Source of the DNA: Spirochaetales bacterium
GTDB lineage: Bacteria > Spirochaetota > Spirochaetia > SZUA-6 > JAFGRV01
Length of the DNA: 64,000 bases
Direction: 5' to 3'
NCBI GenBank assembly: GCA_016935735.1
Contig: JAFGQK010000119.1
Span: 254 to 64,253 of the forward strand
Below, in pieces: positions 19,632 to 28,305 of the stretch. The notes beneath the pieces are model-generated. The model had not been told where the DNA came from. It made no database searches and saw nothing but the letters and a program-made list of their open reading frames with translations. Every line of letters begins with the position of its first letter. Position 1 is the stretch's first letter. Position numbers and translations under genes: made by a program.

Positions 19632-20504
19632 TTAAAGATGTCCATCCAGGGGCTCCATATGAATCGTTGCATAAATTCCAAGTTTTTCCTTTAATGCCAG
19701 CTCGAGCTGTGTGGCCATTTTATGAGCCTGGTTAAGGGTAATCTGTCCCTTTAACTTGATATGAAAACTGAGTTCCGTGTGATTCCCGTACCGGTGAATA
19801 TGCATATGATGAATATATATATTTGCCGGATATATTTCTTCTGCAATGGCAGTTATCTTTTTCCTTAATTCCTCATCGGGTTTTTCACCAAGAAGGGGGT
19901 TTGCCCCTTTAATGAGAATATCCAGTGCAGTATAAAAAATAAGCAGGGCTACAATAATTCCGAGTACCCCGTCTATCCACCAGAAGTAATTCTGAAGGAA
20001 AATACCGGCAAGAATGACAATAGAAGCGATAGCATCACTCTGGTGATGCCATCCGTCTGCTTTTAGAGATCTGGAATCTGCCTTTTTGCCGGCCCAGAAA
20101 GAAAAAATGGCTAATGCTTCTTTTAAAACGGCAGATACTAAAAAAACAATGATAGCAAACAGCCCGAAATGGGCACTTTCACTGTGTATAAGTTTATTTA
20201 TTGATTCAACCATGAAATTAATCGCCACAACACCGAGTAATGCACTGATAATGATCGAAGCAATAAGTTCAGCCCGGCCATGGCCAAAGGGATGTTCGTT
20301 GTCTGCTGGTTTCGATGATGCTTTTGCCCCTGCTATCACAACAATCGAGGTAATGGAATCGGAAAGGGTATGCCATGCATCGGCAATAATAGCGACCGAT
20401 CCAGTTACAATGCCGGCCCAGTACTTTAACGCAAAAAGCAGGGTATTCAGGACAATTGATACCCACCCTTCTGTATAGGCAAGATAGGTAAATTCACTTT
20501 TCAT
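19632..20504 (-). CDS. Cation diffusion facilitator (FieF-like) transporter
   Basis: 'ADAWHTLSD', 'HPFGHGRAE', 'ADGWHHQSD', C-terminal 'IHMEP'. Confidence 0.93.
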   Translation of the reverse strand: MKSEFTYLAYTEGWVSIVLNTLLFALKYWAGIVTGSVAIIADAWHTLSDSITSIVVIAGAKASSKPADNEHPFGHGRAELIASIIISALLGVVAINFMVESINKLIHSESAHFGLFAIIVFLVSAVLKEALAIFSFWAGKKADSRSLKADGWHHQSDAIASIVILAGIFLQNYFWWIDGVLGIIVALLIFYTALDILIKGANPLLGEKPDEELRKKITAIAEEIYPANIYIHHMHIHRYGNHTELSFHIKLKGQITLNQAHKMATQLELALKEKLGIYATIHMEPLDGHL

Positions 20505-20558
20505 AAATCCTTCTTTCTAAAACCCACCGGTTTCATTCTCCATAAATACTTGGTTAGT

Positions 20559-20578
20559 TAGTTAGAAAGAGCTAACTA
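20559..20578. promoter_or_regulatory. Putative MarR operator upstream of the CDF gene
   Basis: Palindrome TAGTTAG-AAAGAG-CTAACTA; related motif upstream of marR. Confidence 0.6.
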
Positions 20579-20593
20579 TAATAGTAAATTTAT

Positions 20594-21016
20594 TCAGATT
20601 TTTTCTATAACCTTTTTCAAGAGTTTTGTTAATTGTAAAAGTTCTTTATCGGAAAGAAATCGTTCAATTATTTCTGCAAACCTGTAATGTATTCCATCAT
20701 GAAGGACAGCAAGCTTTTCCCCCTTTTCTGTAAGCATGATATTGAAAGAACGTCTATCCTCTTCTGACCGGATTTTTTTTATATACCCGTTCCTTTCCAG
20801 TTTATAGACAAGTGCTGTTGCAGAAGGTTTGCTTACATCTATTTTTTCTGCAAGCTCTGTCAGCGTCGGTTGTTTTAAATGATATATTTCATCCAGGTAA
20901 TAAAGCTGTCTTGCCGAAAGGTTTGAAAGATCACTTTTTTCAATAATTCTTCTTTCGTATTCTTCTATCCGGTGCGTTAATATTTCAATAATTTTACCAA
21001 GTGATATTGTTTCCAT
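20594..21016 (-). CDS. MarR-family transcriptional regulator
   Basis: 'TLTELAEKIDVSKPSATALVYKLERNGYIKKIRSEEDRRSFNIMLTEKG' winged HTH. Confidence 0.93.
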   Translation of the reverse strand: METISLGKIIEILTHRIEEYERRIIEKSDLSNLSARQLYYLDEIYHLKQPTLTELAEKIDVSKPSATALVYKLERNGYIKKIRSEEDRRSFNIMLTEKGEKLAVLHDGIHYRFAEIIERFLSDKELLQLTKLLKKVIEKI

Positions 21017-21025
21017 ATTTCTTAT

Positions 21026-21055
21026 TAAAGGTTAGTTCGCTTTAACTAACCTTTA
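21026..21055. promoter_or_regulatory. Putative MarR autoregulatory operator
   Basis: Perfect 12-bp IR TAAAGGTTAGTT-CGCTTT-AACTAACCTTTA about 10 nt before the marR start. Confidence 0.65.
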
Positions 21056-21185
21056 TTTTTACTATAACTATTTATTTTTCCAGTGTCAAGCATACAAGGC
21101 ATAAAAACACCGGTACTCTTGCAATATTATCTCTCATTCTCTAAGATATATAAAAGGATGCCTGTTTTTTCTAAAAGGAGATACT

Positions 21186-22535
21186 ATGGCAGAAATAAAG
21201 AAATGGCAAACGGGTGAGTTCATCAACAACCGGTATGAAATTATATCTTTTCTTGGCAAAGGGGGTATGGGGAAAACCTATCTTGCCCTGGATAAAGAAA
21301 CAGGAAAAAGGGTTGCGTTAAAATTACTCACGTTCAGTGATATAGATGATTGGAAGGTCCTGGAATTGTTTGAAAGGGAGATAAAAACCCTTGCTGCAAT
21401 CGATCATCCCCTTATCCCTGATTACCTGGATAATTTTCGAATAGATGATGGAAATGAATTATACTTTGTCCTTGTCCAGGAATACATCGAAGGAAAAACC
21501 CTCCTTAATCTGGTTAAAACCGGGAAACGGTTTACCAATAGTGAAGTGGAAGAGATATTTAAAAGCCTTCTTGAGACTGTTTCCTATATCCATGAGTTAC
21601 ATCCCCCGGTGATTCACCGGGATATCAATCCAAAGAATATCATTCTTGCAGATAATGGGAAGGTATTTCTTGTGGATTTCGGAGCAGTTGCCGATCCGGT
21701 AAAGTCAAATAATGCAAGTACCATTGTCGGAACCATCGGCTATATGCCCCAGGAACAACTTTATGGGAAAATAAAACCTGCATCAGATATGTATGCCCTT
21801 GCTGCAACAATGATCTTTCTCCTTACCGGTAAGGAGCCTTCGGAGTTTGATCTGAAGAATATGCGTCTGGATTATCATGCAGAAGTGGATATTTCAGGAA
21901 AAATAAAGACCATTCTTGATAGAATGCTTGATCCTGATTATAAGACACGGCTTTCGGATGCAAAAAAAGCTCTTGATTTTCTTGAAGGCAGGGAAAACTT
22001 TCAGGAAGCAGGTTCTTTACAGGATTCTCCAGATACAGAGCATGTCATGATTAATCAGACCAGTGAAGGATACAAAGAAATTTCTTTTAAGAAAAAAAAG
22101 GCTATCTATTTTTTCCTTATTTTTTTTGCAATTGCATGGAATTCAATTTTAATCGGTTTTATTACGAACTTTGGCGAAATGGAGGAAATCCCCGTCTTTA
22201 TCTACCTTTTTATGACTCCTTTTTTTGGAGCAGGTATTTTCATGATCGGAATGATTCTTTATGGTTTTTTTGGAAATGTAACCCTGTTACTTACCGGGGA
22301 TGAGTTACGCTATAAAAATACAATTTTTGGCTTTACTTTTAAAAGCAGTTCCGTATCTTACCATGATATAAAGGGAACAAAGATTATAGAAGAGCGTGGA
22401 TCAAAAGGACATGTTTCATATATTCTGAAAGTTTTCGGATCTGGTCAGACAATAAAGATCGGGCAATTCCAGGGACTTGACAGGAATGATCTTGATTATT
22501 TAAAAGATCTGATTGAAAAAGAGGTATTTTGTTAA
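21186..22535 (+). CDS. Hanks-type Ser/Thr protein kinase with C-terminal TM hairpin
   Basis: 'LGKGGMGKTY', 'VALK', 'HRDINPKN', 'DFG', 'GTIGYMPQE', 'SDMYAL'; two TM helices, then a beta-rich tail. Confidence 0.92.
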   Translation: MAEIKKWQTGEFINNRYEIISFLGKGGMGKTYLALDKETGKRVALKLLTFSDIDDWKVLELFEREIKTLAAIDHPLIPDYLDNFRIDDGNELYFVLVQEYIEGKTLLNLVKTGKRFTNSEVEEIFKSLLETVSYIHELHPPVIHRDINPKNIILADNGKVFLVDFGAVADPVKSNNASTIVGTIGYMPQEQLYGKIKPASDMYALAATMIFLLTGKEPSEFDLKNMRLDYHAEVDISGKIKTILDRMLDPDYKTRLSDAKKALDFLEGRENFQEAGSLQDSPDTEHVMINQTSEGYKEISFKKKKAIYFFLIFFAIAWNSILIGFITNFGEMEEIPVFIYLFMTPFFGAGIFMIGMILYGFFGNVTLLLTGDELRYKNTIFGFTFKSSSVSYHDIKGTKIIEERGSKGHVSYILKVFGSGQTIKIGQFQGLDRNDLDYLKDLIEKEVFC

Positions 22536-22565
22536 AAAGAGTAGCTGGTAAACCGGAGGGATTTT

Positions 22566-23195
22566 ATGGATGGTGCATTATTATTGCGTATTTTAGGAAA
22601 GTTTATATTTCTTGTCGTGGGAATAATTTTTCTTTGTATTGTTATTTTTGTTCATACAAGTTCACTGCAAACTTTTTCATGGGAAATAACGGATGGACTT
22701 ATTCTTTCGGCATCAATTATCCAGAGACTGGATAGTGATAACCAGATCGAATATTATCCAGAGGTTTCATATTCATATAGCATAGAAGGAAAAGAATATA
22801 GATCAACAAGAATAAGCCTTTTCCAGGTTGGTAATGGAACAAAAAGTGAAGCGGCAACAATAGTTAACAGATATCCCACAGGGAAAAATATAACAGTGTA
22901 TTATGATCCCCAAAATCCCGGGAATGCTGTATTAGTCAGGGGTATCTCACCCTTTGTGATGACCATATTATACATCCTTGTTGTTATTGTTCTTGCAGCA
23001 GGTATTATTGCTGCTATTATGGTCCCATTGTCTTCCCGGGAACGGAAAATAAGAAAAATAAGGAATAAAGCGTTAAGCAGCAAACTGCCACCCACAACAA
23101 AACCATCAACCTGCCTTCAATGCGGAAAAGAAAACCCGGCTGGTGTTACTCTTTGTTCCTTTTGTGGGAGCGTGGATTTAAAAGAAATCACATAG
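22566..23195 (+). CDS. DUF3592-like membrane protein with C-terminal zinc ribbon
   Basis: 'YYPEVSYSYSIEGKEY...YPTGKNITVYYDPQNPGNAVL' flanked by TMs; 'CLQCG...CSFCG'. Confidence 0.8.
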   Translation: MDGALLLRILGKFIFLVVGIIFLCIVIFVHTSSLQTFSWEITDGLILSASIIQRLDSDNQIEYYPEVSYSYSIEGKEYRSTRISLFQVGNGTKSEAATIVNRYPTGKNITVYYDPQNPGNAVLVRGISPFVMTILYILVVIVLAAGIIAAIMVPLSSRERKIRKIRNKALSSKLPPTTKPSTCLQCGKENPAGVTLCSFCGSVDLKEIT

Positions 23196-23366
23196 CTTCA
23201 TAAATGGTATTGTATGATTTCTTTTACGGAAGTGTGAATTTGAAAAGAATTTTCTGATTATAAAATAAATCATTTGCTATTGATTCTTTTTTCTATGAGT
23301 GATATATTACAATTACAGACAAATGATGACAATCATAGACAAATAAAGACGATAGGAGACAAGTAT

Positions 23367-24107
23367 ATGAGCATCATTAAAAAAGAAAAAAAAGCTGACG
23401 AGGAGATTATGACTCTCAGCGAACTGGCCGGGTATCTGAAGATATCCGAGCAGACACTTCACAATATGGCAGAAAAAGGTGAAATTCCGGTTGCTACCAT
23501 AGCAAATCAACAGAGGTTTATGAGGACAATTATTGATGACTGGTTTATGTCCAGGATGACAATGGCATCAAAAACAACACTGGTAAAGCTCTGTGAAGAG
23601 GGAACGATCATTCTGCCACTTTCACGGCTTGTGCAACCGGAGTTCATTCTTTTTGATGTGAAACCCGGTTCAAAAGAAGAAATTTTGAGCCAATTAATAG
23701 AACCGCTCCATAAATCCGGTAAACTGGAGGATAAAAATCTCTTATTACAGCTTTTACTTGACCGGGAGGAAATGGTTTCCACTGCAATCAGCAAAGGTGT
23801 GGCAATTCCCCATCCGCGAAATCCGGAGGAATGTCCGGTCAAAGAACCCTGTATTGTATTCGGATTATGCAGCGAAGGCGCAGATTTTGATTCCCTGGAT
23901 GGAAACAAGACATATCTCTTTTTCTTAGTATGTACTTCTTCAGAACTGGTTCATCTTAAAATCATGGCAAAACTTGCTATTCTTATAAGGAATAAAGACA
24001 TTGTGTACCGGCTTAAAGCGGTGAAAACGAAAAAAGATGTCATGAGGCACTTGATCACCATCGATCAGGAAATCTTTGCAATAAATAAATGGAAGGATGT
24101 TATATAG
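23367..24107 (+). CDS. PTS IIA (Ntr/fructose-type) protein with N-terminal excisionase-like HTH
   Basis: 'IMTLSELAGYLKISEQTLHNMAEKGEIP' HTH; 'REEMVSTAISKGVAIPHPR' phospho-His motif; 'FDSLDG'. AGGAG RBS supports start 23367. Confidence 0.88.
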   Translation: MSIIKKEKKADEEIMTLSELAGYLKISEQTLHNMAEKGEIPVATIANQQRFMRTIIDDWFMSRMTMASKTTLVKLCEEGTIILPLSRLVQPEFILFDVKPGSKEEILSQLIEPLHKSGKLEDKNLLLQLLLDREEMVSTAISKGVAIPHPRNPEECPVKEPCIVFGLCSEGADFDSLDGNKTYLFFLVCTSSELVHLKIMAKLAILIRNKDIVYRLKAVKTKKDVMRHLITIDQEIFAINKWKDVI

Positions 24108-24121
24108 GCCGGATCCTTTAT

Positions 24122-24805
24122 TCAGCTGTATAATTTTTCAAGTCTGGGCGGTTCATAATGAAACCTGGTAAAAAGAACGAATCGTGCAAGGTCAAATATG
24201 CGGTCAGCATTATCGCAGATAATTGAATCGGAAGAAGCAATAATCCCCTGGTAATTCTTAAGAAAATAATCTGCGGATGAAACTACTTCAATATTAAAGG
24301 GGAAAGACAGGGCATCGGTGCATTTTTTTCTGAGGATATATGCCATATCTCCCGAATGAGAGACCGGGGAATCCAGATAAATTTCTGTTTTTTCCGCTTT
24401 TACCATTTCTATACAGGTAATAATTTCTTTTATCGCTCTTTCGGTTGTCTTTTTTACATGAAAATTCCCATAAACCCCGGAAGAATCCCTTACAATTCCA
24501 TCATCTGCGACAAAAAGAGGAAATCCTCTTAAATAACTATCCACGGTAATGAGTACATTATACCAATCAATCCCCAGGGGAACATCGCTAATCTCTTTAC
24601 TATCCACGATTTTTTTATAGCGGGACATGGATTCCGTTGTTTTTCCAACTCCCCGGAACAGGCAATTCCTTTCACCCCGGGACAATCGATACCTGTCACC
24701 CACCAGTTTAAGAAGGGCTTTTCGGGGGTAGTCTCTGTTCATGAGATACCTGTAATCATCAATAGCATCCTGAAAAGCTGACATTGACAACCTTATTATA
24801 CTCAT
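24122..24805 (-). CDS. DUF434-domain protein (PIN/NYN-like C-terminal part)
   Basis: 'DYRYLMNRDYPRKALLKLVGDRYRL', 'IDWYNVLIT', 'DDGIVRD', 'YLDSPVSHSG', 'IASSDSII'. Confidence 0.8.
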   Translation of the reverse strand: MSIIRLSMSAFQDAIDDYRYLMNRDYPRKALLKLVGDRYRLSRGERNCLFRGVGKTTESMSRYKKIVDSKEISDVPLGIDWYNVLITVDSYLRGFPLFVADDGIVRDSSGVYGNFHVKKTTERAIKEIITCIEMVKAEKTEIYLDSPVSHSGDMAYILRKKCTDALSFPFNIEVVSSADYFLKNYQGIIASSDSIICDNADRIFDLARFVLFTRFHYEPPRLEKLYS

Positions 24806-24842
24806 TATAATAATAAAGAGTAAAGCAAAATAAGAGGAGGAA

Positions 24843-25127
24843 ATGGAAAAGAAGAAAAATAAAGGATTATATGCCAGGGTTTACGGACGTGTTCAGGGCG
24901 TCGGTTTCAGGTTCTCGACAGTAATGCAGGCACGAAGAATAGGTGTGTCAGGCTACGCACGCAATATGCCGGACGGTTCAGTTGAAGTGGTTGCAGAAGG
25001 AGATGCTGATAATCTGAAAAAGCTTATTTCATGGCTTAAACAGGGACCTCCCGGATCCAGGGTGGATAATGTGGACTTTCATTATACGCCCTATAATGGA
25101 TATTACAAAAGCTTTGGTATTGAATAA
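24843..25127 (+). CDS. acyP: Acylphosphatase
   Basis: '[11 protein letters not shown]', '[17 protein letters not shown]', 'GPPGSRV'. Confidence 0.96.
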   Translation: MEKKKNKGLYARVYGRVQGVGFRFSTVMQARRIGVSGYARNMPDGSVEVVAEGDADNLKKLISWLKQGPPGSRVDNVDFHYTPYNGYYKSFGIE

Positions 25128-25257
25128 TGTTCAACAAGTTGAACTCCAATTGTAATTTTTATGGGGTGCTAAAAATACTTGCAGGTCAAATGAACTTTCG
25201 TTATACTACCAATTAATAGGCTGCATGGGATTGTTGTTTTAATTCCCGGGAAGGAGT

Positions 25258-26196
25258 ATGACCGTGACTAATTATCGAACAGAAGAAAATATCTCCATGA
25301 TAACAACAAGTTTTGCAAATGTGATCATTGTTTCTCTTTTCATTTCCTTTATATTTACCAGTCTGTATTTCTTAATATTTATTTCTTTGCAAATAGCAAT
25401 TGATCTTCGAATATTAATAGTAGGTATTGTCATTTTTTCTGTATATTTCATAAGTAATCTTTTTATACGTACAGAATTTTTCATTGCAGTGAAGAAAGAT
25501 TATAAAATCAGGCCCCCACTCCAGATACTTATTATCTCTGTTTCTGCATATATTGCCCTTTTTTTTATTATTCCCGATAGATTTATGGAATCAGATAAAG
25601 TATCACTCCCGGTCTTTGTCCTGCTTACCATTCCAAGCGGAGTTATCGGGATGGTATCCCAGAAAGTTCTCTATCATAGTTTTATAATTCTCATTAAATT
25701 TTTCTCAAAGATTTTCTCAAAAGATATCCTCGGAAATGATGCTTTCTATGAAAATATTGAGTTTAAGTATCATGAATTTCTGCGGCACGGCGGGATTTTC
25801 TCTATTATTCTCATATCCTTTACAATTCCCAAATATGCTGCAAGTAAATTAAAACGGAGTCTGATTTTTACTCTCTTTTTTGATATTTTGCGTAAAAATA
25901 TCCGAAAAACAGATTTCCTGGGAATCCTTGAAAATGGGAAAACAGCTGCTATTCTTTCTAATGGCAATAACGCAGAAAAAGCATATGTCCAGGCAAAAAG
26001 ACTTGTGAATACACTAAAAGACAACCAATTACTTATGAAGAAACTGCATGTTTACAACTCTATAATTAAAAGCAGCATAATCCAGGCAAGTAAAGAACAT
26101 GAAAGTTTTGAAAAGCTTATGGAAAACGTTTTTGCTGTTTTACATAAAATACTCCAGAATAAAAAGATAGAAATAGAGATAGAGATAGCAAAATAA
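25258..26196 (+). CDS. Membrane protein with degenerate GGDEF-like cytoplasmic domain
   Basis: 4 TMs, then 'EFLRHGGIFSIILI...IRKTDFLGILENGKTAAIL...AEKA' matching GGDEF topology without the GGDEF motif. Confidence 0.55.
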   Translation: MTVTNYRTEENISMITTSFANVIIVSLFISFIFTSLYFLIFISLQIAIDLRILIVGIVIFSVYFISNLFIRTEFFIAVKKDYKIRPPLQILIISVSAYIALFFIIPDRFMESDKVSLPVFVLLTIPSGVIGMVSQKVLYHSFIILIKFFSKIFSKDILGNDAFYENIEFKYHEFLRHGGIFSIILISFTIPKYAASKLKRSLIFTLFFDILRKNIRKTDFLGILENGKTAAILSNGNNAEKAYVQAKRLVNTLKDNQLLMKKLHVYNSIIKSSIIQASKEHESFEKLMENVFAVLHKILQNKKIEIEIEIAK

Positions 26197-26210
26197 TGCC
26201 ATTTATCATT

Positions 26211-26447
26211 CTATTTTTTTTCTTCCAGCAGTTTTGTAACAAATGATACATTATCTTCCAGTTGTAATACCCTATCGTTTCGCTCAGTAATCATGGATTC
26301 CAGTTCGGCTACCTTCTTTTCCAGTTCGGTAACTTTATTCTTTGTTTCCTGGTCCAGACGCTGTCTTTTCTTTGTCAGATAATCAAACCCGGAAGCAAAA
26401 AGAGTTACCAGGACCACTCCGCCGACAATGATGAGTGTAATACCCAT
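26211..26447 (-). CDS. Small TM + coiled-coil protein (PspB-like architecture)
   Basis: N-terminal TM, heptad coil 'VTELEKKVAELESMITERNDRVLQLE'; AAGGAG RBS. Confidence 0.7.
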   Translation of the reverse strand: MGITLIIVGGVVLVTLFASGFDYLTKKRQRLDQETKNKVTELEKKVAELESMITERNDRVLQLEDNVSFVTKLLEEKK

Positions 26448-26796
26448 TATGTTTCTCCTTTATATTCCTTAGCCAATTGCAAAAAATCTATAACTATTAT
26501 TGGATTTTTGCAATTGGTTAAGGAGCATTTTTATTATATTAAGAGGAATTAAAAATACTCCACCTTTGTGTAGGTTGATTCTTGCAGTAAATATGGTATT
26601 TTTGCAAGAATCTCTCCTGAAAAAATATTTATACTGGCTGTATGTACATAGAAAAGTGCTTCTTTCCATTTCGCGGACACCGAAAAAAAGGAAGGAAGAT
26701 TTTTATACCTTTGCTCAACTCTTTTTCCGGGATTCCTTTAAAAGAAGCTTCCGGGACTGCTTCTTTTTATCAAATGAACATCACAAATCCGCCTTT

Positions 26797-27147
26797 TTAG
26801 AAAGTGTCCATAGATAAATCACCGTCATCATAAAGCGGTTTTTCTAAAAAGCGTTTTAATGCATCATTGTTCTGGTCAATAAGCTTCATTTCCACCAGGT
26901 TGCAGAAACACCGCTCATTTAAATGATCCTGCAGATTTTTCCCTTCGTCATATTTGCGGATGACAAAGGATTTCCTCTCTTTTACGATTTCAGCAGCAAT
27001 CCTGTCAATAATTGAACCATCGATTGCTTCTGCATAATAGGATTTTAAGTGATCCAGATCTCTCCATACGAATAAATCTGTCCGCCCATTACCTACACAA
27101 TCCTTGAGGGTTTTGTTAATATCAAGACTAATATGCATTTCCATCAC
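26797..27147 (-). CDS. Hypothetical protein
   Basis: 116-aa ORF with protein-like composition and AAAAGG RBS; no family recognised. Confidence 0.6.
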   Translation of the reverse strand: MMEMHISLDINKTLKDCVGNGRTDLFVWRDLDHLKSYYAEAIDGSIIDRIAAEIVKERKSFVIRKYDEGKNLQDHLNERCFCNLVEMKLIDQNNDALKRFLEKPLYDDGDLSMDTF

Positions 27148-27291
27148 CTTTTTGTTATAAACTTTTTACAATTTAAAATTAATACCGGAAAAACGTAAAG
27201 TCAAGAAAAAAATACAGGGAATCGTCAAAATAGTGTTTTTTTTCAAATCGCCAGACTCCATGAAAGGGTATCAAGTGTAAAGTAGGTTTAT

Positions 27292-28275
27292 TTATATCTT
27301 TTCTGCACACATTATGGTGTTTTTTCCTGCTTTTTTTGAAGAGTAAAGAGCTTTATCTGCCGCTTCCTTTAATACAGACGCTGTTTTCCCATGGTCAGGG
27401 AACTCTGCTATCCCGATGCTTGCAGTAACAGGTGCATCCAGGGTTACACCCGTAGACAAAGGTTGTTTCCAGATAGCGGTAAGAATATTCTTGAACCTTT
27501 TTGCCACCTGGAGCGAATCAGTAACAGATAAATCCGGTAAGAGAACAGCAAACTCATCTCCTCCAAGCCGGGAGATTACGGCATTTTCCCTGCATGCTGA
27601 TTTTATGCAATAAGCGATATTTCTCAATATCTCATCTCCCCTGGTCCTGCCCAAAGTCTGGTTAATTTTACGGAAATCATCAACATCAAACATAATCAGG
27701 GAAAAGGTATTCTTATTCTGTTTTGATTTCATAATCGTTAATTCCAGGGATTCTTCAAAAAACCGCTTATTATATAATCCGGTTAATTCATCAATAATTG
27801 CCCGGTGCCTGGCTTTTTCCCCCCACATGGCCATGGTTGCCAGGAATTTATCTGCTTCATGTAAATCGCAGATCATATAACGTAATATGGCTTTTAGTAT
27901 TTTCACGCCTGTAACCGGATTGGTCCAGATAAAACGGTGAAAATCTATAAAATCAATAAGAAGCAGTTCCACATCGGTAACAGCATAACAGGTGGTGTAT
28001 CCCGGGAGGGCTTCTACCAGGGGCATTACACCCAGAAACATCCCGGGTGAATACCGTGCAAGATCTATCTGGCTGCCATCCCCGTATTTTGTATAACTGC
28101 CCACCAGCCCTTTTTCTACAATATAAAGCTGCCTTCCAACATCCCCCTGCTTGAAAATAATATCATCTTTTTTAAGAATTAAGGGTCTCGAGATACTTAT
28201 AAATTGTTTTTTTTCCTGTAATGAACATTCTTCAAGGATCATCACTTTTTTCAGGAAATCATCATCCTTATTCAT
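27292..28275 (-). CDS. cNMP-binding domain + diguanylate cyclase (intact GGDEF)
   Basis: 'IIFKQGDVGRQLYIVEKG' cNMP domain; 'DELTGLYNKR', 'DVDDFRKIN', 'SRLGGDEFAVLL'. Confidence 0.92.
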   Translation of the reverse strand: MNKDDDFLKKVMILEECSLQEKKQFISISRPLILKKDDIIFKQGDVGRQLYIVEKGLVGSYTKYGDGSQIDLARYSPGMFLGVMPLVEALPGYTTCYAVTDVELLLIDFIDFHRFIWTNPVTGVKILKAILRYMICDLHEADKFLATMAMWGEKARHRAIIDELTGLYNKRFFEESLELTIMKSKQNKNTFSLIMFDVDDFRKINQTLGRTRGDEILRNIAYCIKSACRENAVISRLGGDEFAVLLPDLSVTDSLQVAKRFKNILTAIWKQPLSTGVTLDAPVTASIGIAEFPDHGKTASVLKEAADKALYSSKKAGKNTIMCAEKI

Positions 28276-28305
28276 AAATGATCCTTATTCATAAATGATC
28301 CTTAT
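28264..28305. repeat. 17-bp tandem repeat (2.5 copies) at a gene junction
   Basis: ATCCTTATTCATAAATG x2 + ATCCTTAT. Confidence 0.92.

Noticed and set aside
23367-23560. Excisionase-like HTH as a sign of a mobile element
   Set aside because: It is fused to PTS IIA, a known chromosomal architecture; no integrase nearby.
26500-26817. 105-aa + strand ORF in an intergenic gap
   Set aside because: TTG start inside an inverted repeat, no RBS, atypical composition.
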